Part shown: positions 1 to 14,195 of the stretch, in pieces | Position numbering within the stretch: position 1 is the first letter of the stretch | Layout: the number at the start of each line of letters is the position of its first letter | Assembly: GCA_950097015.1 (NCBI GenBank) | Contig: CATNEN010000012.1 | Coordinates: 930,001 to 994,000, forward strand | Length of the DNA: 64,000 nt | Direction of reading: 5' to 3' | Source of the DNA: Macrostomum hystrix | Lineage: Eukaryota; Animalia; Platyhelminthes | The notes under the pieces: generated by a model | What the model saw: only the letters and a program-made list of their open reading frames with translations | What the model was told of the DNA's origin: nothing | The model's database searches: none | Made by a program: the position numbers and the translations under genes

Positions 1-3000
1 AAACTAGAATACTCTTTCCGAAACTAGAATACTCCTTCCGAAACTAGAATACTCCTTCCGAAACTAGAATACTCCTTCCGAAACTAGAATACTCCTTTCC
101 GAAACTAGAATACTCCTTCCGAAACTAGAATACTCCTTCCGAAACTACGAGTAGAAAACTCCTTCCGAAACTACAATATTCCTTCCGAAACTACAATATT
201 CCTTCCGAAACTAGAATACTCCTTTCCGAAACTAGAATACTCCTTTCCGAAACTACAATACTCCTTCCGAAACTAGAATACTCCTTTCCGAAACTAGAAT
301 ACCCCTTCCGAAACTGGAATACTCCTTCCGAAACTAGAATACTCCTTCCGAAACTAGAATACTCCTTCCGAAACTACGAGTAGAATACTCCTTCCAAAAC
401 TACAATATTCCTTCCGAAACTACAATACTCCTTCCGAAACTAGAATACTCGTTCCGAAACTAGAATACTCCTTCCGAAACTAGAATACTCCTTTCCGAAA
501 CTAGAATACTCCTTCCGAAACTAGAATACTCCTTCCGAAACTACGAGTAGAAAACTCCTTCCGAAACTACAATATTCCTTCTGAAACTACAATATTCCTT
601 CCGAAACTAGAATACTCCTTTCCGAAACTAGAATACTCCTTTCCGAAACTACAATACTCCTTCCGAAACTGGAATACTCCTTTCCGAAACTAGAATACTC
701 CTTTCCGAAACTACAATATTCCTTCCGAAACTACAATATTCCTTCCGAAACTAGAATACTCCTTTCCGAAACTAGAATACTCCTTTCCGAAACTAGAATT
801 CCCCTTCCGAAACTGGAATACTCCTTCCGAAACTAGAATACTCCTTCCGAAACTAGAATACTCCTTCCGAAACTACGAGTAGAATACTCCTTCCGAAACT
901 ACAATATTCCTTCCGAAACTACAATATTCCTTCCGAAACTACAATACTCCTTCCGAAACTAGAAAACTCCTTCCGAAACTAGAATACTCCTTCCGAAACT
1001 AGAATACTCCTTCCGAAACTAGAATACTCCTTCCGAAACTAGAATACTCCTTCCGAAACTAGAATACTCCTTCCGAAACTAGAATATTCCTTCCGAAACT
1101 AGAATACTCCTTCCGAAACTAGAATACTCCTTCCGAAACTAGAATACTCCTTCCGAAACTAGAATACTCCTTCCGAAACTAGAATACTCGTTCCGAAACT
1201 AGAATACTCCTTCCGAAACTAGAATACTCCTTCCGAAACTAGAATACTCCTTCCGAAACTAGAATACTCCTTCCGAAACTACGAGTAGAATACTCCTTCC
1301 GAAACTAGAATACTTCTTCCGAAACTAGAATACTCCTTCCGAAACTAGAATACTCCTTCCGAAACTAGAATACTCCTTCCGAAACTAGAATACTCGTTCC
1401 GAAACTAGAATACTCCTTCCGAAACTAGAATACTCCTTCCGAAACTAGAATACTCTTTCCGAAACTAGAATACTCGTTCCGAAACTAGAATGCTCCTTCC
1501 GAAACTAGAATACTCCTTCCGAAACTAGAATACTCCTTCCGAAACTAGAATACTCCTTCCGAAACTAGAATACTCCTTCCGAAACTAGAATACTCCTTCC
1601 GAAACTAGAATACTCCTTCCGAAACTAGAATACTCCTTCCGAAACTAGAATACTCGTTCCGAAACTAGAATACTCCTTCCGAAACTAGAATACTCCTTCC
1701 GAAACTAGAATACTCGTTCCGAAACTAGAATACTCCTTCCGAAACTAGAATACTCCTTCCGAAACTAGAATACTCCTTCCGAAACTAGAATACTCCTTCC
1801 GAAACTACGAGTAGAATACTCCTTCCGAAACTACAATATTCCTTCCGAAACTACAATGTTCCTTCCGAAACTACAATATTCCTTCCGAAACTACAATGTT
1901 CCTTCCGAAACTACAATACTCCTTCCGAAACTAGAATACTCGTTCCGAAACTAGAATACTCCTTCCGAAACTACGAGTAGAATACTCCTTCCGAAACTAC
2001 GAGTAGAATACTCCTTCCGAAACTACAATATTCCTTCCGAAACTAGAATACTCCTTCCGAAACTAGAAAACTCCTTCCGAAACTAGAATACTCCTTTCCG
2101 AAACTAGAATACTCCTTCCGAAACTAGAATACTCCTTCCGAAACTAGAATACTCCTTCCGAAACTAGAATACTCCTTCCGAAACTAGAATACTCCTTCCG
2201 AAACTAGAATACTCCTTCCGAAACTACGAGAAGAATACTCCTTCCGAAACTAGAATATTCCTTCCGAAACTACAATATTCCTTTCGAAACTAGAATACTC
2301 CTTCCGAAACTACGAGTAGAATACTCCTTCCGAAACTACAATATTCCTTCCGAAACTAGAATACTCTTTCCGAAACTAGAATACTCCTTCCGAAACTAGA
2401 ATACTCCTTCCGAAACTAGAATACTCCTTCCGAAACTAGAATACTCCTTTCCGAAACTAGAATACTCCTTCCGAAACTAGAATACTCCTTCCGAAACTAC
2501 GAGTAGAAAACTCCTTCCGAAACTACAATATTCCTTCCGAAACTACAATATTCCTTCCGAAACTAGAATACTCCTTTCCGAAACTAGAATACTCCTTTCC
2601 GAAACTACAATACTCCTTCCGAAACTAGAATACTCCTTTCCGAAACTAGAATACCCCTTCCGAAACTGGAATACTCCTTCCGAAACTAGAATACTCCTTC
2701 CGAAACTAGAATACTCCTTCCGAAACTACGAGTAGAATACTCCTTCCGAAACTACAATATTCCTTCCGAAACTACAATACTCCTTCCGAAACTAGAATAC
2801 TCGTTCCGAAACTAGAATACTCCTTCCGAAACTAGAATACTCCTTTCCGAAACTAGAATACTCCTTCCGAAACTAGAATACTCCTTCCGAAACTACGAGT
2901 AGAAAACTCCTTCCGAAACTACAATATTCCTTCTGAAACTACAATATTCCTTCCGAAACTAGAATACTCCTTTCCGAAACTAGAATACTCCTTCCGAAAC

Positions 3001-5196
3001 TAGAATACTCCTTCCGAAACTACGAGTAGAAAACTCCTTCCGAAACTACAATATTCCTTCTGAAACTACAATATTCCTTCCGAAACTAGAATACTCCTTT
3101 CCGAAACTAGAATACTCCTTTCCGAAACTACAATACTCCTTCCGAAACTGGCATACTCCTTTCCGAAACTAGAATACTCCTTTCCGAAACTACAATATTC
3201 CTTCCGAAACTACAATATTCCTTCCGAAACTAGAATACTCCTTTCCGAAACTAGAATACTCCTTTCCGAAACTAGAATTCCCCTTCCGAAACTGGAATAC
3301 TCCTTCCGAAACTAGAATACTCCTTCCGAAACTAGAATACTCCTTCCGAAACTACGAGTAGAATACTCCTTCCGAAACTACAATATTCCTTCCGAAACTA
3401 CAATATTCCTTCCGAAACTACAATACTCCTTCCGAAACTAGAAAACTCCTTCCGAAACTAGAATACTCCTTCCGAAACTAGAATACTCCTTCCGAAACTA
3501 GAATACTCCTTCCGAAACTAGAATACTCCTTCCGAAACTAGAATATTCCTTCCGAAACTAGAATACTCCTTCCGAAACTAGAATACTCCTTCCGAAACTA
3601 GAATACTCCTTCCGAAACTAGAATACTCCTTCCGAAACTAGAATACTCGTTCCGAAACTAGAATACTCCTTCCGAAACTAGAATACTCCTTCCGAAACTA
3701 GAATACTCCTTCCGAAACTAGAATACTCCTTCCGAAACTACGAGTAGAATACTCCTTCCGAAACTAGAATACTTCTTCCGAAACTAGAATACTCCTTCCG
3801 AAACTAGAATACTCCTTCCGAAACTAGAATACTCCTTCCGAAACTAGAATACTCGTTCCGAAACTAGAATACTCCTTCCGAAACTAGAATACTCCTTCCG
3901 AAACTAGAATACTCTTTCCGAAACTAGAATACTCGTTCCGAAACTAGAATGCTCCTTCCGAAACTAGAATACTCCTTCCGAAACTAGAATACTCCTTCCG
4001 AAACTAGAATACTCCTTCCGAAACTAGAATACTCCTTCCGAAACTAGAATACTCCTTCCGAAACTAGAATACTCCTTCCGAAACTAGAATACTCCTTCCG
4101 AAACTAGAATACTCGTTCCGAAACTAGAATACTCCTTCCGAAACTAGAATACTCCTTCCGAAACTAGAATACTCGTTCCGAAACTAGAATACTCCTTCCG
4201 AAACTAGAATACTCCTTCCGAAACTAGAATACTCCTTCCGAAACTAGAATACTCCTTCCGAAACTACGAGTAGAATACTCCTTCCGAAACTACAATATTC
4301 CTTCCGAAACTACAATGTTCCTTCCGAAACTACAATATTCCTTCCGAAACTACAATGTTCCTTCCGAAACTACAATACTCCTTCCGAAACTAGAATACTC
4401 CTTCCGAAACTAGAATACTCCTTTCCGAAACTAGAATACTCCTTCCGTAACTAGAATACTCCTTCCGAAACTAGAATACTCCTTCCGAAACTACAATATT
4501 CCTTCCGAAACTACAATATTCCTTCCGAAACTACAATATTCCTTCCGAAACTACAATACTCCTTCCGAAACTAGAATACTCCTTCCGAAACTAGAATACT
4601 CCTTCCGAAACTAGAAAACTCCTTCCGAAACTAGAATACTCCTTTCCGAAACTAGAATATTCCTTCCGAAACTAGCAAACTCCTTCCGAAACTAGAATAC
4701 TCCTTCCGAAACTAGAATACTCCTTTCGAAACTAGAATACTCCTTTCCGAAACTAGAATACTCCTTCCGAAACTAGAATACTCCTTCCGAAACTAGAATA
4801 CTCCTTCCGAAACTACAATACTCCTTCCGAAACTACAATATTCCTTCCGAAACTACAATATTCCTTCCGAAACTACAATACTCCTTCCGAAACTAGAATA
4901 CTCCTTCCGAAACTAGAATACTCCTTTCCGAAACTAGAATATTCCTTCCGAAACTAGCAAACTCCTTCCGAAACTAGAATACTCCTTCCGAAACTAGAAT
5001 ACTCCTTCCGAAACTAGAATACTCCTTCCGAAACTAGAATACTCCTTTCCGAAACTAGAATACTCCTTCCGAAACTAGAATACTCCTTCCGAAACTAGAA
5101 TATTCCTTCCGAAGCTACAATATTCCTTCCGAAACTACAATATTCCTTCCGAAACTACAATATTCCTTCCGAAACTACAATATTCCTTCTGAAACT
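1..5196. repeat. 20-bp minisatellite (AAACTAGAATACTCCTTCCG)n, about 260 copies, probably inside an upstream Piezo intron
   Basis: Unit read directly; variants include TACAATATT, ACGAGT insertions and CCTTTCC; runs off the left edge of the window. Confidence 0.97.
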
Positions 5197-5289
5197 CCCC
5201 AATACTTCCCCAAACTGAAGATTGTTTCCAAAAATTGACAAGGTTCCATTAGCTTCCTGCTATAAGCTCGATTCACTTAATAATAGTTG

Positions 5290-5437
5290 TAATAATTGAT
5301 AACTGCGTAATTGGGCCTGCGTACGGCTGTTCAGTCCATGGACACTCACCCTCAATCACCCCAGCTGATGCTGGTACCCATTTAACAGCTGGGTGAACTG
5401 AAGCAACGTATTTTTTGTCTTGCTAAAGGACACAAAT
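5290..5437 (-). mobile_element. 5'-truncated copy of tRNA-derived SINE family 1
   Basis: Reverse complement matches the 45238-45555 element (TTTGTGTCCTTTAGCAAGAC...TTGCTTCAGTTCACCCAGCTGTTAAATGGGTACCAGCAT...TCCATGGACTGAACAGCCGTACGC); the tRNA head is missing. Confidence 0.85.
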
Positions 5438-5475
5438 CAATCAATCATTGCCAATGGAATTGTTTCGCATTGCAG

Positions 5476-8400
5476 TTTCCCCTCGCGCTCACGGTCACCC
5501 TGTTTGTGCAGTTCATCATCATCCTGGTGGACCGGGCCCTATTCCTAACCAAGTCGCGTCGGGGCAAGTTTTTCTTTCACATTGGTCACGTGATCCTGCT
5601 GCACGCCTATCTCAAATTCGTCCTACCGGCTATGTCGTCGTGAGTTCGATTTTTTATATACATGACGATGCATTATAACGTTAAAACTGCGTGAAAGTTG
5701 CTCTTGCTGTCTACCCACAAAGTAACCCCTTTCCCCTGTCCCAAAGGCCGAAGTACATTGCGGAGAGCTCTGCGATCAAGATTTTCTACGCTTCAAAGTG
5801 CTTGTACTTTGCCCTGTCGGCCTATCAGATCCTGTCGGGCTATCCGTCTCGTGTATTGGGCAATTTCATCTGCAAGCGGTACAACTATTTGAATCTGTTC
5901 GCATTCAAAGGCTACATGCTTGTGCCGTTCCTGTTTGAGCTTCGCTCTATCATGGATTGGATGCTTAGCAACACGGCTCTGGGCATCTCTCACTGGCTGC
6001 TGATGGAGGAGATCTACAGCGCCGTGTTTGTTACTAAGTGCTGGCGCCGCGCCGAGATCGCTTACCCGACTGAGCGGGCTAGGAACCGGCCACCAGTGTA
6101 CAAGTATTGCCCCGGCCTGTGGCTAATGGTGCTCATTGTGGCCTGCATTTGGGCGCCGCTGCTCTGGTTCTCCATCATGAGCAACGTCTTCTTGGAGGAC
6201 AACGCTGTCACCGCGTGCACCTCCGAGCTGTCGCTTGGCTCCTACACACCATTGTACACACTGAAGACCACTTCCATTAGAAATCTGACAGCTAGCGAGC
6301 TCAATCTGGTCTATAATTGTTTCGCCGGCTCCAATCAGACTGAGGTAAGATCTTAAAATTTTAGATGCATTCAGTTAAAAGTATTATGTCAATCCTAAAT
6401 TCTGCTAAACATTAGTCCTCATTCGGATACAGCTTCGACCCCAACACCTCTTCATTCTTGTGATTTGCTGTCTATCCTATGTGCCACATTTTATATCACA
6501 TCTCACATTAGATATCATCCGAAATCCCACACTTCCACACTTATATACATCCCAAATCCCACGGCTTATTCTAAATCCCACGTCCTGCTTATCCCCAAAT
6601 CCTACGTCCTACTTATCCCCAAATCCCACGTCCTGCTTATCCCCAAATCCTACGTCCTACTTATTCCTAAATCCTTCGTGCTACTCTTATCCCCAAATCC
6701 TACGTGCTACTTATCCCCAAATCCTACGCCCTGCTAATCCCTAAATCCTACGTCCTGCTTATCCCCAAATCCTACGTCCTACTTATCCCCAAATCCCACG
6801 TCCTGCTTATCCCCAAATCCTACGTCCTACTTATTCCTAAATCCTACGTGCTACTCTTATCCCCCAAATCCTACGTGCTACTTATCCCCAAATCCTACGC
6901 CCTGCTAATCCCTAAATCCTACGTCCTGCTTATCCCCAAATCCCACGTCCTGCTTATCCCCAAATCCCACGTCCTACTTATCCCCAAATCCCACGTCCTA
7001 CTTATTCCTAAATCCTACGTGCTACTTATCCCCAAATCCTACTCCCTGCTAATCCCCTATATCCAGTTTATCCCATCCTACTTTCCTCAAATCCGATATA
7101 CTTCACATATATATATATAACATATCAGGAATCAAGCATTTTCTTATAATTCTTTATTTTTCGAAATCCTAATTTTTCGGTTCTCAACTACTCATTCCTT
7201 TTCTCAAATCAAGTAATCCCACATACCTGTTTATCTCACAACATGCGTATCCAGAAGTGCCAAATATGTTCTAACTGAACTTCCGCAGCAAGCCAAGAAG
7301 CGGGTCCAGGCCCTTCTAAGCTCCACCACAGCCTACAGCGTGGAATTCGATGGCATGTCCAGCGTGCTGTGGACTATAACGCCTCCGTCGCGAGAGGCCT
7401 TGCGCACCGAGTTGCATAGTAACGCCACGGTGCATCTGTACTTCAAGGTGCTGGAAGCATTTTTATGCGTGGGAAATCTTCAACTTGCTCGTAACTCTTA
7501 TAGCACTTTTTCGATTATTGTAAAATCCCTGATCTATTAAAATCCCAAACCGCTAAAGTAACTTTATTTAAGTTTCGCATTAGGATTTAGGATTCGGGGA
7601 CAGTTGGATTGAGGATTCAGGGACAGTGGGATTGAGGATTCAGGGACAGTGGGATTGAGGATATAGCAGCAGTGGGATTGAGGATTTAGGATTCAGTTGG
7701 ATTGAGGATTCGGGGCAGTGGAATTGAGGATTTAGGATTCAGTGGGATTGAGGATTCGGGGCAGTGGAATTGAGGATTTAGGAGTCAGTGGAATTGAGGA
7801 TTTAGGAATCAGTTGGATTGAGGATTCGGGGCAGTGGGATTGAGGATTTAGGATTCAGTGGGATTGAGGATTCGGGGCAGTGGAATTGAGGATTTAGGGA
7901 CAGTAGGATTGAGGATTCAGGGACAGTGGGATTGAGGATATAGCAGCAGTGGGATTGAGGATTTAGGATTCAGTTGGATTGAGGATTTAGGAATCAGTGG
8001 GATTGAGGATTTAGGATTCAGTGGGATTGAGGATTCGGGGCAGTGGAATTGAGGATTTAGGATTCAGTGGGATTGAGGATTCGGGGCAGTGGAATTGAGG
8101 ATTTAGGAGTCAGTGGAATTGAGGATTTAGGAGTCAGTGGGAGTGAGGATTTAGGAGTCAGTGGAATTGAGGATTTAGGAATCAGTTGGATTGGGGATTC
8201 GGGGCAGTTGGATTGAGGATTTAGGAGGCAGTGGGAGTGAGGATTTAGGAGGCAGTGGGAGTGAGGATTTAGGAGTCAGTGGGATTGATGATTTAGGAGG
8301 CAGTGGGAGTGAGGATTTAGGAGGCAGTGGGAGTGAGGATTTAGGAGTCAGTGGGATTGATGATTTAGGAGGCAGTGGGAGTGAGGATTTAGGATTCAGT

Positions 8401-11400
8401 TGGATTGAGGATTTAGGAGGCAGTGGGAGTGAGGATTTAGGAGGCAGTGGGAGTGAGGATTTAGGAGTCAGTGGGATTGATGATTTAGGAGGCAGTGGAA
8501 TTGAGGATTTAGGAGGCAGTGGGAGTGAGGATTTAGGATTCAGTGGGATTTAGCATTCGGGGCAGTGGGATTGAGGATTCGGCAGCACTAAATTAATGTT
8601 TTAGTGCACTCAGTTCTAATTCTCTTTAATGCCACCCCGTCCCAGGTGGAGTGCCTGCGCGACAAGGACAACGGTGTGGCCAGAAAGTACATATTCCAGA
8701 ATCCGCTGCCGCCCGATGTTAGCGCCGACCTGCTGGCCGTGCTCCATCCGGCCTCCGACAATTACAGCGTGGTCTTTAGCCAGATCGGTTACCGGTTTCT
8801 GCTGATGCGCGCCTTCGACGGCAGTGGCGGCGGGAGCGGCGGCGCTCTGGCTAACGACGGCATCGAGCTGCTGAGCCGCAGTCTGCCAGCGGGTCCCTTG
8901 GCGTCTAGCAAGATTGACATTCAAGCGGCTCTGAATTCCACAGCTGGCGGCCTGGCCTGGTGGCAGCTCAGCGATCTGTACTGCGGCAGTCCGCTGTGCC
9001 CTGCGCAGCCCAGCGCCGCCTGTTCCAATCATTCGCACGGCAGCCTGCGCATTGTGGTGCTGTCCGAGCGGTCTAAATCTCAGAATAAACTCATCCAGGT
9101 CGGACTTGGCATTCTAGTTTGCAAAATAATTAACTCTCACATAAATATATTGCTTGCTTCCTCTTTATCCTCTTCTGTTTCCTGTCTGTTAATCTTCTAT
9201 CATTTCCTGTCTGTTAATCTTCTATCATTTCCTGTCTGTTAATCTTCTATCATTTCCTGTCTGTTAATCTTCTATCATTTCCTGTCTGTTAATCTTCTAT
9301 CATTTCCTGTCTGTTAATCTTCTATCATTTCCTGTCTGTTAATATTCTTCCATTTCCTGTCTGTTAATCTTCTATCATTTCCTGTCTGTTAATCTTCTAT
9401 CATTTCCTGTCTGTTAATATTCTATCATTTCCTGTCTGTTAATCTTCTATCATTTCCTGTCTGTTAATCTTCTATCATTTCCTGTCTGTTAATCTTCTAT
9501 CATTTCCTGTCTGTTAATCTTCTATCATTTCCTGTCTGTTAATCTTCTATCATTTCCTGTCTGTTAATCTTCTATCATTTCCTGTCTGTTAATCTTCTAT
9601 CATTTCCTGTCTGTTAATCTTCTATCATTTCCTGTCTGTTAATCTTCTATCATTTCCTGTCTGTTAATCTTCTATCACTTCCTGTCTGTTAATCTTCTAT
9701 CATTTCCTGTCTGTTAATCTTCTATCATTTCCTGTCTGTTAATATTCTATCATTTCCTGTCTGTTAATCTTCTATCATTTCCTGTCTGTTAATCTTCTTC
9801 CATTTCCTGTCTGTTAATCTTCTATCATTTCCTGTCTGTTAATCTTCTATCATTTCCTGTCTGTTAATCTTCTATCATTTCCTGTCTGTTAATCTTCTAT
9901 CATTTCCTGTCTGTTAATCTTCTATCATTTCCTGTCTGTTAATCTTCTATCATTTCCTGTCTGTTAATCTTCTATCATTTCCTGTCTGTTAATCTTCTAT
10001 CATTTCCTGTCTGTTAATCTTCTATCATTTCCTGTCTGTTAATCTTCTATCATTTCCTGTCTGTTAATATTCTATCATTTCCTGTCTGTTAATCTTCTAT
10101 CATTTCCTGTCTGTTAATCTTCTATCACTTCCTGTCTGTTAATCTTCTATCATTTCCTGTCTGTTAATCTTCTATCATTTCCTGTCTGTTAATCTTCTAT
10201 CATTTCCTGTCTGTTAATATTCTTCCATTTCCTGTCTGTTAATCTTCTATCATTTCCTGTCTGTTAATCTTCTTCCATTTCCTGTCTGTTAATCTTCTAT
10301 CATTTCCTGTCTGTTAATCTTCTATCATTTCCTGTCTGTTAATCTTCTATCATTTCCTGTCTGTTAATCTTCTATCATTTCCTGTCTGTTAATATTCTTC
10401 CATTTCCTGTCTGTTAATCTTCTATCATTTCCTGTCTGTTAATCTTCTATCATTTCCTGTCTGTTAATCTTCTATCATTTCCTGTCTGTTAATCTTCTAT
10501 CATTTCCTGTCTGTTAATCTTCTATCATTTCCTGTCTGTTAATCTTCTATCATTTCCTGTCTGTTAATCTTCTATCATTTCCTGTCTGTTAATCTTCTAT
10601 CATTTCCTGTCTGTTAATCTTCTATCATTTCCTGTCTGTTAATCTTCTATCATTTCCTGTCTGTTAATCTTCTATCATTTCCTGTCTGTTAATCTTCTAT
10701 CATTTCCTGTCTGTTAATCTTCTATCATTTCCTGTCTGTTAATCTTCTATCACTTCCTGTCTGTTAATCTTCTATCATTTCCTGTCTGTTAATCTTCTAT
10801 CATTTCCTGTCTGTTAATATTCTATCATTTCCTGTCTGTTAATCTTCTATCATTTCCTGTCTGTTAATCTTCTTCCATTTCCTGTCTGTTAATCTTCTAT
10901 CATTTCCTGTCTGTTAATCTTCTATCATTTCCTGTCTGTTAATCTTCTATCATTTCCTGTCTGTTAATCTTCTATCATTTCCTGTCTGTTAATCTTCTAT
11001 CATTTCCTGTCTGTTAATCTTCTATCATTTCCTGTCTGTTAATCTTCTATCATTTCCTGTCTGTTAATCTTCTATCATTTCCTGTCTGTTAATCTTCTAT
11101 CATTTCCTGTCTGTTAATCTTCTATCATTTCCTGTCTGTTAATATTCTATCATTTCCTGTCTGTTAATCTTCTATCATTTCCTGTCTGTTAATCTTCTAT
11201 CATTTCCTGTCTGTTAATCTTCTATCATTTCCTGTCTGTTAATCTTCTATCATTTCCTGTCTGTTAATATTCTATCATTTCCTGTCTGTTAATCCGGTTC
11301 CGTTTCTAGCCTGTTAGTCTTCTTCCATTTCATGTTTTTTAACCCATGTCTTTCAATTCCGGTTAGAAATGAAAGACGCGGTCATTATTTCATATCCAGG

Positions 11401-11839
11401 ATCTTAATCATAAACTTCTGGTCTATTAACATTTTTCTATTCCTGGCGCTATAATCAGATTATTCCATTTCTGATTTCTCAAACAGCATCATCCCCAAAT
11501 GCCACCCGGCAGGCCATCCAAAAGGTGGGCATGTACGGCGTCCTGTCCGTATTCCTGATCTCCGTGGCTCGCATACTCCGCTCTGGCATTGTGCCGGTGC
11601 ACTACCTGGTGCCCTACGTGGACATGCCGCATGTTGATCGCATCCTGGCGCTATTAAACGACATCTACCTGGTGCGGGAGAGTGGCGAGCTGCGACTAGA
11701 GGAGGAGTTATTCGCCAAGCTTCTGTTCCTCTATCGGTCACCGTCTATGCTGCTGCACTATACTCAGACACCCGAGTCTGTGCTAGCCAAGTTCTACAAG
11801 TTGGAGCCCCCACCGCCAGATGAGGCCAACATCTCCTAG
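5476..11839 (+). CDS. PIEZO: Piezo-type mechanosensitive ion channel, C-terminal part (anchor, outer helix, cap, inner helix, CTD); spliced, 5' part lies outside the window
   Basis: Exons 5476-5639, 5747-6344, about 7255/7289-7447 (acceptor uncertain; 7289 is the phase-0-compatible one), 8646-9098 and 11513-11839. Motifs VQFIIILVDRALFL, YPSRVLGNF, PFLFELRSIMDW, IWAPLLWFS and VDRILALLNDIYLVRESGELRLEEELFAKLLFLYRSP match the Piezo family. Confidence 0.95.
6549..7075. repeat. 24-bp intronic minisatellite (ATCCCCAAATCCTACGTCCTACTT)n
   Basis: Read directly; explains the LLIPKSYV repeat ORFs. Confidence 0.93.
7582..8582. repeat. 24-bp intronic minisatellite (GGGATTGAGGATTTAGGATTCAGT)n with shorter variant units
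   Basis: Read directly; explains the EDLGGSGS repeat ORF. Confidence 0.93.
9172..11295. repeat. 25-bp intronic minisatellite (CATTTCCTGTCTGTTAATCTTCTAT)n, about 85 copies
   Basis: Very homogeneous tandem array inside the last Piezo intron. Confidence 0.97.
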
Positions 11840-12507
11840 AGCCTATCATGATTTGACTAGTTTTCTCTTCTATCGCAGAATTTTGATTTTCTAGGCATAC
11901 GCTTTAACTGACGCGTTTTGGCAATCAGTATACTATCGCTTTGTTTTTTAGTGTGATGAATCTGTCGGTTCTAAGTTATCTGTGCTCAAATTTTACTCAT
12001 TTTTGTAGATGGTTAGTTTTCATTGGAGTTTTCTATAAAGTGCACAGCTTTTATTTGGACCTTGTCAGATCTTCATCTTAATTCTACAATATAGATTTTC
12101 CTTCCCAGATTTCCCTTCATTCGTCCGCGGATCAACTAACAGTTTTTTGTTTACAATTATTTTTTAGCTCATTTTGTTTCAGTAAACTGTATTTTTCTTT
12201 GTTCACGATTATCTTTTTTCTATCGAAATCCCAATCGAAGTGCTAATATCGCCTTTCAGTACTGTGGTAGTAACCGAAGAGAATTTACAATATTTCTTCT
12301 TTCTACTCGCAGCTGTTGCCTTAGTGATTTTTTGCGTTTCGGTCCTTCCTTAGAAGAAATATATTGCTATGGAGCGGAATCTGCTCTGTGGTACTTATAC
12401 TAAGTGCCATGTGTCATGTGCTGCTGCATTCTCGATTGATTGGGTTAGTTTGATTGATAGATATGTACGTAAATACACAGCGCTGGTTAATTTAAGCCCA
12501 TCGTTTT

Positions 12508-12665
12508 CTAGCCCAGGCTATTTTTAGCCCAGGCTATTTTTAGCCCAGCTGATTATGAGCTCAGGCTATTTTTAGCTCAGGCTATTTTTAGCCCAGGCTT
12601 TTTTAGACCAATATATATTTAGCCCAAGCTATTTTTAGCCCTGGCTTTTTTAAGCTCAGGCTATT
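12508..12665. repeat. about 17-bp degenerate tandem repeat (TTTAGCCCAGGCTATTT)n
   Basis: About 9 degenerate copies read directly. Confidence 0.8.
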
Positions 12666-13685
12666 AGAGTCACAGCAATGCACAGCGCTTAAAGTACCTT
12701 ACTATTATAAAATAAAATTATGTACAAAAATGTTTCGATATTTTTATAACGTTTTTTGCGCTTCTCTGTTTGAACATTCGACCATTCAAATGTATTTTTA
12801 TATCTAATTCATCCAAACCAGTTTTTTGTTAACGTTGCTCATCATACTACTGTGCCAATGCATCTAGTAGTATTTTAAGCCTATCATATTTTTAAATGCA
12901 CTGATCGATCGGGCACATTTTTCATGTTTTCTTTACTTTATTTATTATTTTAGTACCGCTCTGTGATCTGGATTAAGTATCATTCCTGCCTAAATTTTGT
13001 TATTCTGACTTGCAATGCGACCTTGTGTTTGTAACAGTAGTTTACCTGTTTATCTGGAACTTTGCATTGCATATTTATTAAATCGAGATGGATAAAATCT
13101 CACTTCAGGTCGAACGAACGCTCATCGTTCTCTTTTTATATCTTCGGATTTTTTGTTTCTGAGCAAAATCTGGTCGACCTTGGCATGGATACAGCTCGTC
13201 AATGATTTATTTATTCTGGAGTAGCTAGTAATGCTAGCGACATGTTATTAATGTTCACCAATTGAATCTTTAATTGATATTAAATTGTGAATTAGTTTAG
13301 ACAGAAATCACTGGATTTTTACTCATCTCGGAGTAGTAAAAGTTTTTGTGGCTCAATTATTATCCAGTTGTATCTTTTCTTGTAGCTAATAATGCCTTTA
13401 GAATTAGCCGCACGGTTATTTATTTTGTATTTTTTCATACACTAGTTTTCATTCCACATTTTCTGTTTGTGTTCGGTTTTTAAGCCGCTTTGTACAGAAA
13501 TTCCATTGTTAATCTTAGCAGTAAGCGGTTACAGATACGCAATGCGTTCTATTGTAATCACATCCTTCTTTGTCTTCTTATTTAACCAAATTACTTATTT
13601 TAGGATTTTCTAAGAACGGCTGGGAAAATGATATTTGGCACTCTGTAGCTTTCTGATAATGGGAAATTTCAGTTAGTGTGTCGAG

Positions 13686-13806
13686 GTCAGTGAAAAATTC
13701 CATTTGAGAAAAATATCAAGGTCAGTGGAAAATTCCAGTTGAGAAAAATATCAAGGTCAGTGGAAAATTCCAGTTGAGAAAAATATCAAGGTCAATGGAA
13801 AATTCA
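13686..13806. repeat. 35-bp tandem repeat, about 3.5 copies, just upstream of the ELOC acceptor
   Basis: GTCAGTGGAAAATTCC-type units start at 13686, 13721, 13756 and 13791. Confidence 0.85.
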
Positions 13807-13814
13807 ATTACTAA

Positions 13815-14195
<381 letters not shown>

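Noticed and set aside
6460-8553. ORFs with LLIPKSYV or EDLGGSGS repeats
   Set aside because: Translations of 24-bp intronic minisatellites lying between Piezo exons.
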